34,939 bases of DNA, taken from positions 1-34,939 of the forward strand of contig JAWXCN010000268.1 of NCBI GenBank assembly GCA_034408725.1. The letters are read 5' to 3'. The position numbers were made by a program, and so were the translations under genes. Numbering within the stretch: the first letter of the stretch is position 1; each line of letters begins with the position of its first letter. Source of the stretch: Candidatus Hydrogenedentota bacterium (GTDB lineage: Bacteria; Hydrogenedentota; Hydrogenedentia; Hydrogenedentales; SLHB01). A model generated the notes under the pieces. That model was not told where the DNA came from. It did no database searches and was given only the letters and a program-made list of their open reading frames with translations. Positions 1-8,784 of this stretch are shown one piece after another.

Positions 1-296
1 GATTTCGGGCCGCCCACGTATACGCGCCAACCGCCACGCTGCCACAGCAGGAATTTCAGGAGCCGTTCGGCATACATGAAGTTCGCGCGCGCGCGCGAAT
101 GACCGTCGCGATAGACGCGTGTCTCGTAGCGGGACACCGAGCCGTCGGCTCGTTCGAGAGCCAACACCAGGGGCACGCCGGCGCCGCTTTCATCGACTTC
201 GCGCTGGTAGCATTGATTGGCCAGTACAGCGGGCCGGAAATCGTTATCCAATGGAGGCTCGACGCGCGGCGCGATGAGTACAAACTCTCCCATCAT
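1..296 (-). CDS. ROK-family protein (sugar kinase/regulator), 5' part only; runs off the window edge
   Basis: Not in the ORF track. My translation from ATG 296 is MMGEFVLIAPRVEPPLDNDFRPAVLANQCYQREVDESGAGVPLVLALERADGSVSRYETRVYRDGHSRARANFMYAERLLKFLLWQRGGWRVYVGGPK, open to the edge, with GGAGAGGAG upstream. It resembles the N-terminus I recall for long ROK proteins (ERxxKFLLWQRGG). The ROK core itself is outside the window. Confidence 0.65.
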   Translation of the reverse strand, partial: MMGEFVLIAPRVEPPLDNDFRPAVLANQCYQREVDESGAGVPLVLALERADGSVSRYETRVYRDGHSRARANFMYAERLLKFLLWQRGGWRVYVGGPK

Positions 297-510
297 ACAG
301 TTCTTTTCGCTCCTCTCCGCGATTGCGCGCAACGATATCATAAGCGCATTGTGGCAACAGAATTGGCCCTGCGACAAGGTGTAGATGCGCGGGCGACGTT
401 CCGTCGCGCGGCGTAGTATACTCGCGGGCGGGCAGCGTTGATAGACAAGCGCAAGACCGCGCCACGACGATGTTTTCCGAATCGCAGCGCAACGACATTG
501 GAGGAATGAG

Positions 511-1803
511 ATGCCAGAATCGCTGCCGGTGGTCACCCGCCGGACATTTGTAAAAAGCGGTGCAGCGCTCGCGGCAGGCATGGCCGCGTCGCGCGCGCAC
601 GGCGCAAACGAGCGGGTGCGGCTTGCCTTCATTGGCGTCGGCAACCGCGGTTGCCAACTCGTGGCGGCGGCGCAAAAACACGCCGATATGGAAATCGCCG
701 CGGTGTGCGATGTCTATGCGCCGTACCGCGAGAAAATGGCGGGGCAACTGGGTTGCCCCGGCGTTGCGGACTGGCGCGCGGTGCTCGATATGAAGGACGT
801 CGACGCGGTGGTGATTGCGACGCCGGACCACTGGCATGCGTTGCAGACCATCGCCGCGTGTCGCGCGGGCAAGGACGTGTATTGTGAAAAGCCCATGTCG
901 TATACCGTCCGTGAAGGCAGACGCATGGTCGAAGTCGCGGCGGAGACGAAGCGCATCGTGCAGATCGGATTGCAGCGACGCTCTTCCCCAATGCTCGCGG
1001 AACTGGGCGAGCTCATTCGCGGCGGGCGCATCGGCAAGGTGACTGTGTCGCGTTGCCACCGCATCAGCAACATGGCGCCGACGGGAATCGGACGAGCCGA
1101 GGACAGCGCGCCGCCCGCGGACCTGGACTGGAATATGTGGCTTGGACCGCGGCCAGAACGCACGTTCAACGAGAACATCGCGCCGTACAAGTTCCGCTGG
1201 TGGAAGGAATACTCGTCGCAGATGGGGAACTGGGGCGTTCATTATTTTGATTTGCTGCGGTGGTTGCTGGGCGAGCAGGCGCCCACTTCGATCTCCGCGC
1301 ATGGTGGCGTGTTTGCCGTGGATGATCAACGGACGATCCCCGATACGATGCAAGCGATCTTCGAGTTTCCCGCCGGGCACCTGATGCTGTTCGGCCAGTA
1401 TGAAGCCAGCGGGGTGCGCATTCTGCCGCGCGGCGAGGTCGAGTTGCGCGGGACCAATGGCGCGGTCTACGCAGGCGCGAACGGGTTCACGATCGAGCCT
1501 GAATCTGGCGGACAATTCCAGGACGACGCTCCGCGCGGAGAAAAGACGGATGTGACCGTATCCGAGGGCGATGTCACGATTGCGCACATGCGAAATTTTC
1601 TTGATTGCGTCAAATCGCGTAACAAACCCAACGTCGACGCGGAAGAGGGGCATCGGTCCACAACGATCGCCCACCTTGGCAATATCGCGCACTGGACGCG
1701 CTCGCGCATCGAGTGGGACCCGGCGGCGGAACGTATTACGAACAATGAAAGCGCGAACGGGTTTTTGGAGTACGAGTATCGCGCGCCGTGGACACTGGCG
1801 TAA
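511..1803 (+). CDS. Gfo/Idh/MocA-family NAD(P)-dependent oxidoreductase with twin-arginine signal peptide
   Basis: TRRTFVK Tat motif, Rossmann IGVGNRG, IATPDHWH, KDVYCEKP and NWGVHYFD motifs; GGAGG SD upstream. Confidence 0.93.
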   Translation: MPESLPVVTRRTFVKSGAALAAGMAASRAHGANERVRLAFIGVGNRGCQLVAAAQKHADMEIAAVCDVYAPYREKMAGQLGCPGVADWRAVLDMKDVDAVVIATPDHWHALQTIAACRAGKDVYCEKPMSYTVREGRRMVEVAAETKRIVQIGLQRRSSPMLAELGELIRGGRIGKVTVSRCHRISNMAPTGIGRAEDSAPPADLDWNMWLGPRPERTFNENIAPYKFRWWKEYSSQMGNWGVHYFDLLRWLLGEQAPTSISAHGGVFAVDDQRTIPDTMQAIFEFPAGHLMLFGQYEASGVRILPRGEVELRGTNGAVYAGANGFTIEPESGGQFQDDAPRGEKTDVTVSEGDVTIAHMRNFLDCVKSRNKPNVDAEEGHRSTTIAHLGNIAHWTRSRIEWDPAAERITNNESANGFLEYEYRAPWTLA

Positions 1804-1876
1804 CCAGGCGCGGTTGCGCGCGCAAGGAATGCAGTAAGACGTGCCGTCAATTGACTGCCATCTCGCTTGGTAAGTA

Positions 1877-1906
1877 AAAGCGGTAGCGGCTGCTACCGCA
1901 ATCCAT
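1877..1906 (-). repeat. REP-like palindrome (family A), likely also the intrinsic terminator of the cNMP gene
   Basis: Stem GCGGTAGC (1880-1887), 4-nt loop, GCTACCGC (1892-1899). On the minus strand it reads ATGGATTGCGGTAGC-AGCC-GCTACCGCTTTTACTT immediately after the stop at 1910. It shares the TGGAYTGCGG...CCGCTTT layout with copies at 14.8 kb and 19.6 kb. Confidence 0.65.
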
Positions 1907-1909
1907 ACT

Positions 1910-2347
1910 TCACGTTTCCTGGCGTCTGGCAGCGGCCTTGCGGATGATGTCGCGCAGCACCAACTGTTCGTCAGACGTCAACAACATGCCGGCATAGGCC
2001 ACCACATCGTGCCACGAGAACAGCAGCGATTCGACTTCTGTAACTGCTTGAATGGTGGCGGTGCGCTGGGCGGTGGGTTCGAGTTGTTGCATTTCCCCTA
2101 ACAATTCTGGCGCGACGACGGGGATGGCCGTTTCATGCGCGCGAATCACGTCCACTTCCCCCCGCAGCAGCACGCAGCCTGTGTTTTCATCCTCGTCGCC
2201 TTGCACAAAAATGCAATCGCCCGGACTAAACCGCGCCGGTTGGCCCACCCAGAGAAAGATCATGCTTACTCGGGTGCGCATGGGTTCCGGCAAATCCAGG
2301 ATCATCGCGACAGAAGATAGACGGTTCCGGTACTCGGATAAATTCAC
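1910..2347 (-). CDS. Stand-alone cyclic-nucleotide-binding domain protein (145 aa)
   Basis: FSPGDCIFVQGD...LLRGEVDV...LLGEM...RTATIQA cNMP-binding cassette. GTG start at 2347 follows AAGGAG; the longer 2491 start is not supported. Confidence 0.85.
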   Translation of the reverse strand: MNLSEYRNRLSSVAMILDLPEPMRTRVSMIFLWVGQPARFSPGDCIFVQGDEDENTGCVLLRGEVDVIRAHETAIPVVAPELLGEMQQLEPTAQRTATIQAVTEVESLLFSWHDVVAYAGMLLTSDEQLVLRDIIRKAAARRQET

Positions 2348-2386
2348 GGCGTCTCCTTTCCCCGCACCGCTCCCCCAATGATAGCT

Positions 2387-2415
2387 AGTGTAGCGCATAA
2401 TTAGTCCATAGTCGA
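2387..2415 (-). promoter_or_regulatory. Putative sigma70 promoter for the cNMP gene
   Basis: Minus strand TCGACT-N17-TACACT. Confidence 0.45.
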
Positions 2416-2440
2416 GAAGAAACGCGGAAGTCGGAATTGA

Positions 2441-2470
2441 TTGATAGTTGCCCCCATGCCTCGCTACTGT
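2441..2470 (+). promoter_or_regulatory. Putative sigma70 promoter, possibly giving a leaderless transcript
   Basis: TTGATA (2441-2446)-N18-TACTGT (2465-2470), 8 nt before ATG 2479, with no SD. Confidence 0.4.
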
Positions 2471-2478
2471 ATCGGCCC

Positions 2479-3075
2479 ATGTCAACCTCACCTTTGCCGG
2501 CAGGTATGCGCGTCGCCGTTGCCGAAGCCTTGCAACGCGCCGTTTCCGGCTTCATGGAAACCTCGATTCACCACGTTGCGGCGCTGAACACCATTGGATG
2601 CTACCTGTTATGCCATCTCACCTCCCTGCGCTACGAACCGGTTGCGGGGTCTATTGTGGTCCGGCAGGGGGGCACCCCTGTGGCGTTGCGCGCGGACCCG
2701 GCCCGAATCGAGGAACACGAATATTATCTATGGATTGAACACATTCACGCCGACGGGCGCGTGGAACTTGTCGATTTCGCGTCGGGCTGTTGGATGGACT
2801 GGGCGCGTGACGAGCAGGCATTGTGGATAGGGCCGCCTGCGCCGGAGTATGTGTGGGGTTTTGTGGATGAAATCGATCCTGAGACGGTGCGTTACTCGCC
2901 CGAACCCGGGATTACTTCGGTCGTGCGCGCCGCGCTGCAGAATGTTTTTCAGTCCGCCGACCCACCCGCGCAGGTGAAGCAATGGGAAGAAGCGATCAAT
3001 GAGGCGCTGGACCTACTGGTCGTCGACCCGCGCGCAATCGATTTTTTGGTGCAAGTGGGTATCGCGGAACGGTGA
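2479..3075 (+). CDS. Hypothetical protein (198 aa), possible degenerate papain/transglutaminase-like fold
   Basis: Clean ORF filling the gap and converging on recJ with a 6-nt spacer. Pattern GCYLL...YEPVAGS...EYYLWI...ELVDF. Start codon uncertain. Confidence 0.7.
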   Translation: MSTSPLPAGMRVAVAEALQRAVSGFMETSIHHVAALNTIGCYLLCHLTSLRYEPVAGSIVVRQGGTPVALRADPARIEEHEYYLWIEHIHADGRVELVDFASGCWMDWARDEQALWIGPPAPEYVWGFVDEIDPETVRYSPEPGITSVVRAALQNVFQSADPPAQVKQWEEAINEALDLLVVDPRAIDFLVQVGIAER

Positions 3076-3081
3076 TCGGCG

Positions 3082-4788
3082 TTATTCGCCACCGGCTACC
3101 CGGATATCCTTGAGCACGAGTTGAACGTTTGTTTCGCCGCGCCAAGTGTTGAGCTGTGGCGTGAACGCGATGTCAAAAGCTTCCGCGCCGGCGAGCGCGT
3201 CCATCCTGTCGCCCATGCGAAAGCCGATCACGTCCACCAGTTTTGGGCCGTCCTTCGCGCAAAACTTCAAATGCCCGCCGCGTAACAGGCGCCATGAATC
3301 GACCGGCGCCTGCACTCCGAAGCTGCAAAAAACGGGGGCGGAATTCCCCTGGCCGAAGGGTTGCAGTTTTTCCATGGTGCGCACAAGGCGCGGATCGACT
3401 TCCGTTAATGACACTTGGGTGTCGATTTCCAAAACGCGCGACAACTCGCCGGGCGCCAGGACGGCGCGCGCGGCCTGTTCGAATGCCGCGCAAAACGCGG
3501 GGAGTTTTTCTTCGCGAATGGTCAGGCCAGCGGCCATCGCGTGACCCCCGCAGGCTTCTAGATGGTCGCTGCACGTTTCAAATGCGGCGGCGATATTGAA
3601 ACCGTGAATACTGCGCGCGGAGCCACGGCCCAAGCCTTCGCCGTCGAGTGCAATCATGACAACGGGCCGGAAGTGGGTTGCCTGGACACGGCTCGCCACA
3701 ATTCCGATGACGCCACGGTGCCATCCCCGGTTGGCGAGCACAATGGCGCGTTGGTCCTGGCTAAAATCTGCCTTAAGCAACGCGAGGGCTTCGGCGAGTG
3801 TGCCGGTCTCGACGGCCTTGCGTTCTTCATTTGCGGCGTCCAAATCTTCAGCGTTGTGACGGGCTTCCTCGTGAGAGTCCGTCAGCAAGAGTTCGAGTCC
3901 GGCCAGTCCGTCGCTCATGCGGCCACCGGCGTTGATGCGCGGCGCGAGTTGAAAAGCAACGTCTTCCGACCGCAGGGTTTCCAGGGTGACTTTGCTAACG
4001 GCGGCGAGCGCTTTTAGTCCGGGGCGCGCGTGCGCAGCGGCGTCACGCAATCCAAGCGCGGCGATAATCCTGTTCTCTCCAGTGAGGGGCACAACGTCGG
4101 CGATCGTTCCGAGGGCTGCGAGGTCCAGGTCGTGTACTTCGCCGGTGAGCGCGTGCGCGAGTTTGAGCGCGACCCCAGCTCCGCAGATATTCGCTGCGGG
4201 GTGGTCCGGGGGTTCGCGTTTTGGATTGATCACGGCAAGCGCGCCGGGAATGCCGCGGTCGATCTGGTGATGGTCGGTGATGATCACGTCAATGCCGTGC
4301 AGCCGCGCGCGTTCGACGGCCTCGTGCGCCGAGATACCGTTATCCACGGTGACGATGAGCGATACGCACTGCCCGCGCGCCGTTTCGACACGGCCGGCGC
4401 TCAGACCGTACCCCTCGAGCTGCCGGTTGGGCATTCCATACGTGCAGCGGGCAATGCCGAACCGGCGCAACGCACGGACCATCAATGCCGTGCCGGCTAT
4501 GCCGTCGACGTCGTAGTCGCCGAAAACCATGACGGTTTCGCCGTTATTGCGCGCGGCGGTGATGCGGTCAACGGCCACGCGCATATCGGTCAACGCAAAA
4601 GGATCGCTGAGGTCTTCGATGGACGGATTCAGAAACTGGCGCGCGGCGGCAGCGTCGCGTGCGCCACGCAGCAGCAGGACCCGCGCAAGTGCGGGATGAA
4701 TGTCGAGTTCCTGTGCCAGGGCACGCGCCCCGGCGCGGTTGTCCGGAGCAATATGCCACGTGCAATGGCCTCGCGCGTGGTTCACCAT
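3082..4788 (-). CDS. recJ: Single-stranded-DNA-specific exonuclease RecJ
   Basis: FGDYDVDG, TVDNG, TDHH, LGTIADVVPL, APRINAGGR, GSARS, GGHAMAAG and PFGQGN motifs. ATG 4788 overlaps the cmk stop (ATGGTGA). Confidence 0.97.
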   Translation of the reverse strand: MVNHARGHCTWHIAPDNRAGARALAQELDIHPALARVLLLRGARDAAAARQFLNPSIEDLSDPFALTDMRVAVDRITAARNNGETVMVFGDYDVDGIAGTALMVRALRRFGIARCTYGMPNRQLEGYGLSAGRVETARGQCVSLIVTVDNGISAHEAVERARLHGIDVIITDHHQIDRGIPGALAVINPKREPPDHPAANICGAGVALKLAHALTGEVHDLDLAALGTIADVVPLTGENRIIAALGLRDAAAHARPGLKALAAVSKVTLETLRSEDVAFQLAPRINAGGRMSDGLAGLELLLTDSHEEARHNAEDLDAANEERKAVETGTLAEALALLKADFSQDQRAIVLANRGWHRGVIGIVASRVQATHFRPVVMIALDGEGLGRGSARSIHGFNIAAAFETCSDHLEACGGHAMAAGLTIREEKLPAFCAAFEQAARAVLAPGELSRVLEIDTQVSLTEVDPRLVRTMEKLQPFGQGNSAPVFCSFGVQAPVDSWRLLRGGHLKFCAKDGPKLVDVIGFRMGDRMDALAGAEAFDIAFTPQLNTWRGETNVQLVLKDIRVAGGE

Positions 4789-5462
4789 CGCGTCCTCGCA
4801 AATTCGACAATGGTATTGACAACGTCGTCGGCCGACATGCTCGAGGTATCGACGAGGACGGCGTCTTCCGCGCGCCGCAATGGCGCGATGTCCCTGGAAC
4901 GGTCGTTTTCGTCGCGCGCGCGAATTTCCTCTTTCAATGACGCGGCGTCGTATGCGATGCCTTTTGCGTCGAAGTCGCGCGCGCGGCGGCGGGCGCGTTC
5001 GTCCAGGTTCGCGTCCAGATAGACTTTGCATTTCGCGCGCGGAAAGACGACCGTGCCCATGTCGCGGCCTTCGGCGACGGTCGGCGCGCGCGCTCCTATT
5101 TCGCGCTGAAGTTCCGCGAGGTGCGCGCGAACCCCGGCGTTCCGATCCAGTTTGGCGATGCGCCGGGTGACTTCAGGAGTCCGGATGGCATCGGTCACTT
5201 CCTGGCCGTCTATGAATATATGCAACGTTCCATTCTCATCGCGAAGGTCCAACCGCATTTCCCTCGTGGACGCCGCGAGCGCGAGGGGATCGTCCGCATC
5301 GACTCCCTTGTTCATCGCATTCCACGTTGCCGCGCGGTACATGGCGCCGGTGTCGAGATATGCAAACCCCAGTTGGCGCGCGACGTTGCGCGCGACGGTG
5401 CTTTTCCCCGCGCCAGCGGGCCCATCAATTGCCACAATTTCAGTAACGTCTCCGGGAAACAT
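4782..5462 (-). CDS. cmk: Cytidylate kinase
   Basis: AIDGPAGAGKST P-loop, YLDTGAMYR, EGRDMGTVVFP, RDENDRSR..APL. Start ATG 5462 follows AAGGA; 5492 is an alternative. Confidence 0.96.
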   Translation of the reverse strand: MFPGDVTEIVAIDGPAGAGKSTVARNVARQLGFAYLDTGAMYRAATWNAMNKGVDADDPLALAASTREMRLDLRDENGTLHIFIDGQEVTDAIRTPEVTRRIAKLDRNAGVRAHLAELQREIGARAPTVAEGRDMGTVVFPRAKCKVYLDANLDERARRRARDFDAKGIAYDAASLKEEIRARDENDRSRDIAPLRRAEDAVLVDTSSMSADDVVNTIVEFARTRW

Positions 5463-5511
5463 GCTGTCCTTGCCTAGCGTCCGCCCCGCCATTATCAATC
5501 ACCTTCAGTGA

Positions 5512-7545
5512 CTACGATACCAAAAGGATGCGGCCCGCGCCGCGCACGTACGTCTGCCGTGCAGACCCGGACGCGGCAGTCTCGAGGACGGCGCCCGTTG
5601 CCGGCACGGATTCATTGAGCAAGTATGCATCGGGATAAATTTTCACGCCTACATCGAACACACCCGTAACCGTTGGCGGCTCGCCGGGCGTATCATCTTC
5701 CTTGAGCGCAATCTGGAACTCTTTCCGCAAACGGTCAGAGGTTGCGAGAAAAGTTTCGCGAAGTACTTCTATCGCCCTGCGGTCCCGCTCGGCGCGCTCG
5801 ACCCGGTTGTTAACCGTGCGCAAGATCACGCGCAGGAAGCCACCCTGCAAGCGGAGCATTTGCGGGCTATTGGGGGCGTCGCCGCGTTCGCGGAGCAGGG
5901 TGATGAGTTGGCGAAGAAATTGTCCCATGGGCATGGCCGTTTGAATGCCCTTCGCGCGCTCGCTGGCGCCTTGCAACACCTGGATGCCGCTTTCCTGCTG
6001 CGCGATAAACTGATGAATCTGTTCCCGTTCTTTTTGCCACGCCGCCAAGCGGTCACGCAGGTATTCGAGTCCTTGTGACACTTTGGGGATGCTGGCGTTC
6101 GGCGCGAGGATACGGTCTTTTCGCGCGATAAGGTCGAGCATTTCGTCGTTGATGTCGTGCTCCGGGTCCCCTTCAGTCTGCAAGTGCTTGAACTCGGCAT
6201 GCACTTCGTTAATGTGCGATGTGTGTTCTTCGACGCTCTCATCATCTTCGGGCATGCTCTTGCCCGCATACCGCGACAGCCGTTCGAGCCGGTCCTCCGC
6301 CATGCCTGTCAAACTCTGCAATATGTTGGTCACGCGGTTGAGCAAAGCGAGCCGGTGTTGCGCGCGCTGCAACCTCTCCGCGACCACGAGGGCGGTTTCC
6401 CCGCCCAACAGAAAGGCGATGCCGCCGCGCGCCGCGTGCTCCGCTTCAACGTGTGTTTGCGCGATGCGCTCGCGCAGCGTCTCGATCTGCCGTTTGAGCC
6501 GGTTCGCTTTGTTGATCAGTTTGAGTCCGTCAATGCCCACGTCTTCGTTGTAGTCCTGGCAGGTGAGGTTCTGGCGTAACACGATGGCCAAATGCCGGGT
6601 ATCAGTGTGGTGGAACGTGGATGCATTGAGCGATTTCGTGACGTGAAACGTCCCGCCATGCACGGCGTCGTGTACGGTGACGCGGGGCGCTTTGAACACC
6701 CCCATGGTCGTGCTGCCTTCCACGACGATGTCGGCGCCGGCAAACAGCAGGTTGGGGGCTTCGGCCTGGCGGCAGACTACGCTACCCCATTTCGATACGA
6801 CGAATGCGCGGACCATCACGCCTCGCGACCGCACGTTTCCCTGCCGGACAATGACCATGCCGGAGATGTTGTCGCGCACTTCGCAGTTTTGTGACGCCGC
6901 GACGCGACCCATCACAAACCCTTCAACGCTGACACTTCCGTCTTCGACAACAACGGTGCAGTTTTCCGGCACCAGGTCCAGGACTTTCAGGTGTCCTTTC
7001 TCGTGGATGAGCACTGGGCCACGCGCATGAATGGGCACCCCCGCGAACAGTTTTATCTCGCGGGGGCGCGAGGATTCGATGTCTGCGCCCGTCACGACGT
7101 GGAGGCGCGCTGATATCGCGGGCATGCCTGGCGCGGGCGGCAGGGACTCGGCGAGGGCGTGAAGATCATCAGTGTATGGCGCAATGAGCGACCGCAGGCG
7201 CGAATACGCAGCTCGATCTTGCGCGCGTTCGGTCAACGCGTAGACGGACGTGAGGAGGTGTACATGGTCCCAGGGAAGACGTCGAACGCGGCCCTCGAGC
7301 ACCTCGTCAATCGCCTCGCGCAAGGTCCACTGGTGGCGGCGTCCCTCGGTTTGCTGGTATTCGGGTTGAACGGCGACTGTCCATGCGTCGACGACAGCGG
7401 CGATGCCCTCGCATTCCTGTAGACGAACCGGATTGCCAATCCAGGACCGTTGCCATACTTCGGCCAGCGCAGCGTCCTGAATCGCAAGTTGGCCGAGTTC
7501 TTCTTTTCCGGCGTTGAGAACGTATTCAACGAGCCGGTCGAGCAT
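5512..7545 (-). CDS. Hypothetical protein (677 aa) with FapA/DUF342-like beta-solenoid and long coiled coil
   Basis: Starts 4 nt after the mtnA stop. Central V/G-rich repeats (GSVSVEGFV, GNVRSRG, GSVVCRQAE, AGADIVVEG, AVHGGTFHV), then a long helical segment, then TVTGVFDVGVKI. The CDS is confident; the family call is about 0.5. Confidence 0.8.
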   Translation of the reverse strand: MLDRLVEYVLNAGKEELGQLAIQDAALAEVWQRSWIGNPVRLQECEGIAAVVDAWTVAVQPEYQQTEGRRHQWTLREAIDEVLEGRVRRLPWDHVHLLTSVYALTERAQDRAAYSRLRSLIAPYTDDLHALAESLPPAPGMPAISARLHVVTGADIESSRPREIKLFAGVPIHARGPVLIHEKGHLKVLDLVPENCTVVVEDGSVSVEGFVMGRVAASQNCEVRDNISGMVIVRQGNVRSRGVMVRAFVVSKWGSVVCRQAEAPNLLFAGADIVVEGSTTMGVFKAPRVTVHDAVHGGTFHVTKSLNASTFHHTDTRHLAIVLRQNLTCQDYNEDVGIDGLKLINKANRLKRQIETLRERIAQTHVEAEHAARGGIAFLLGGETALVVAERLQRAQHRLALLNRVTNILQSLTGMAEDRLERLSRYAGKSMPEDDESVEEHTSHINEVHAEFKHLQTEGDPEHDINDEMLDLIARKDRILAPNASIPKVSQGLEYLRDRLAAWQKEREQIHQFIAQQESGIQVLQGASERAKGIQTAMPMGQFLRQLITLLRERGDAPNSPQMLRLQGGFLRVILRTVNNRVERAERDRRAIEVLRETFLATSDRLRKEFQIALKEDDTPGEPPTVTGVFDVGVKIYPDAYLLNESVPATGAVLETAASGSARQTYVRGAGRILLVS

Positions 7546-7549
7546 GGCG

Positions 7550-8605
7550 CTAGAACGTGGCCGTTTGCGGGCCGGCCATCGCCGCGATACTGGCGTCGTA
7601 TGGCGGGCGCAAAATGCCGCGTTCCGTGATGATGCCGGCAATGAGGCGCGCAGGCGTCACGTCGAAGGCGGGGCTATAAACCTTCACGCCGTCCGGCGCC
7701 GTTTGCCTTCCGAAACCATGAGTGACTTCTTCGGATCCCCGTAATTCAATGGGGATTTCATCGCCTGTCGCGATCGAGAAGTCGATCGTGGACAACGGCG
7801 CGGCGACGTAGAAGGGGATGTCATGCGCATGCGCGATCAAGGCGACGTTGTATGTGCCGATTTTGTTCGCGGCGTCGCCGTTCGCGGCGATGCGGTCCGC
7901 GCCGACCACGGCGAGTTGCACGCGGCCTTCGCGCATGACCTGCGCAGCGGTGTTGTCGCAAATGACCGTGACATCGATTCCGGCGCGCATGAGCTCCCAA
8001 GCCGTAAGCCGCGCGCCCTGGAGTAAGGGCCGCGTTTCGTCGGCAAACACTTCAAACCGTTTTCCGAGTTCGTGCGCGCGAAACATCACGGCAAGCGCCG
8101 TGCCGTAGGATGCCGTCGCTAGCCCGCCGGCATTGCAGTGGGTAAGGACGCCGGTCCCTTCGCAGATCAGCGAGGCGCCGTGCTCGCCAATCGCGCGGCA
8201 GCGGCGTGTGTCTTCCTCGCAGATTTCCACGGCTTCGGATTCGAGGCGGGCGACAAGGGCATCGCGATCAAGGTGGGCGTGAACTTCCGCGGAGCTTCGC
8301 ATGCGGTCGAGCGCCCAAAACAGATTCACCGCTGTGGGCCGCGACGTTGCAAGCGAATCGGCGGCGTTGCGGATGGCGTTGAGCACGTCATCGGTGGTCG
8401 GGCAAGGTTGCTCGCGAATGGCAACCAGCAGGCCGAACGCTGCGCACACGCCAATCGCAGGCGCGCCGCGCACGCGCAACGACTTGATCGCTTCCCATAC
8501 GGAATCGACTGTTGCAAGCCGGATTTCCCTGAACTCTGTGGGCAGCAGGGTCTGATCGATGATATAAAGCGAGCCGCTTTGCCAGCGGACAGTCTCTAGC
8601 GCCAC
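7550..8605 (-). CDS. mtnA: S-methyl-5-thioribose-1-phosphate isomerase
   Basis: IDQTLLP, VRGAPAIG, SRPTAVNL, LTHCNAGGLAT, ETRPLLQGARLTAWE, GADRIAANGD.ANKIGTY and PAFDVTP motifs; GAGGAG SD before the GTG. Confidence 0.97.
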   Translation of the reverse strand: MALETVRWQSGSLYIIDQTLLPTEFREIRLATVDSVWEAIKSLRVRGAPAIGVCAAFGLLVAIREQPCPTTDDVLNAIRNAADSLATSRPTAVNLFWALDRMRSSAEVHAHLDRDALVARLESEAVEICEEDTRRCRAIGEHGASLICEGTGVLTHCNAGGLATASYGTALAVMFRAHELGKRFEVFADETRPLLQGARLTAWELMRAGIDVTVICDNTAAQVMREGRVQLAVVGADRIAANGDAANKIGTYNVALIAHAHDIPFYVAAPLSTIDFSIATGDEIPIELRGSEEVTHGFGRQTAPDGVKVYSPAFDVTPARLIAGIITERGILRPPYDASIAAMAGPQTATF

Positions 8606-8637
8606 GAAGCTTCTCCTCTTCAGAACAAGTCGGCGTT

Positions 8638-8666
8638 ATGCTATCGAAGGAGGACCGTGGTTGCAA
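8638..8666 (-). promoter_or_regulatory. Putative sigma70 promoter for the mtnA-cmk-recJ run
   Basis: Minus strand TTGCAA-N17-TAGCAT, about 30 nt upstream of the mtnA start. Confidence 0.55.
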
Positions 8667-8749
8667 TGAGCAATTGGCGATGATCCCGAGTCATAGCGCA
8701 TAAGTAGCCATTCCATACAACTTTCATGGGATCGTTCTTAACCAGAATT

Positions 8750-8773
8750 GGCGGGTTGGAAAACCCGCCCTCC
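8750..8773 (-). repeat. REP-like hairpin downstream of the seven-gene run
   Basis: Minus strand GGAG-GGCGGGTT-TTCC-AACCCGCC: 8-bp stem with a 5' GGAG tetranucleotide, 11 nt after the stop at 8785. Confidence 0.55.
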
Positions 8774-8784
8774 TGAATTCGCGA

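Noticed and set aside
244..1692. 482-aa minus-strand ORF, and similar long antisense ORFs (4030-5022, 9082-10056, 23336-24235, 25851-26816, 28272-29237, 30642-31445)
   Set aside because: They shadow well-supported genes on the opposite strand, show no recognisable motifs, and are expected in GC-rich DNA.
4789..5031. Arg-rich 81-aa N-terminal extension of RecJ in the ORF track
   Set aside because: It overlaps cmk in another frame. ATG 4788 coupled to the cmk stop gives a normal-length RecJ.
8606..8784. SAM riboswitch upstream of mtnA
   Set aside because: No SAM-I/II consensus seen, and the predicted promoter leaves a leader of only about 25 nt.
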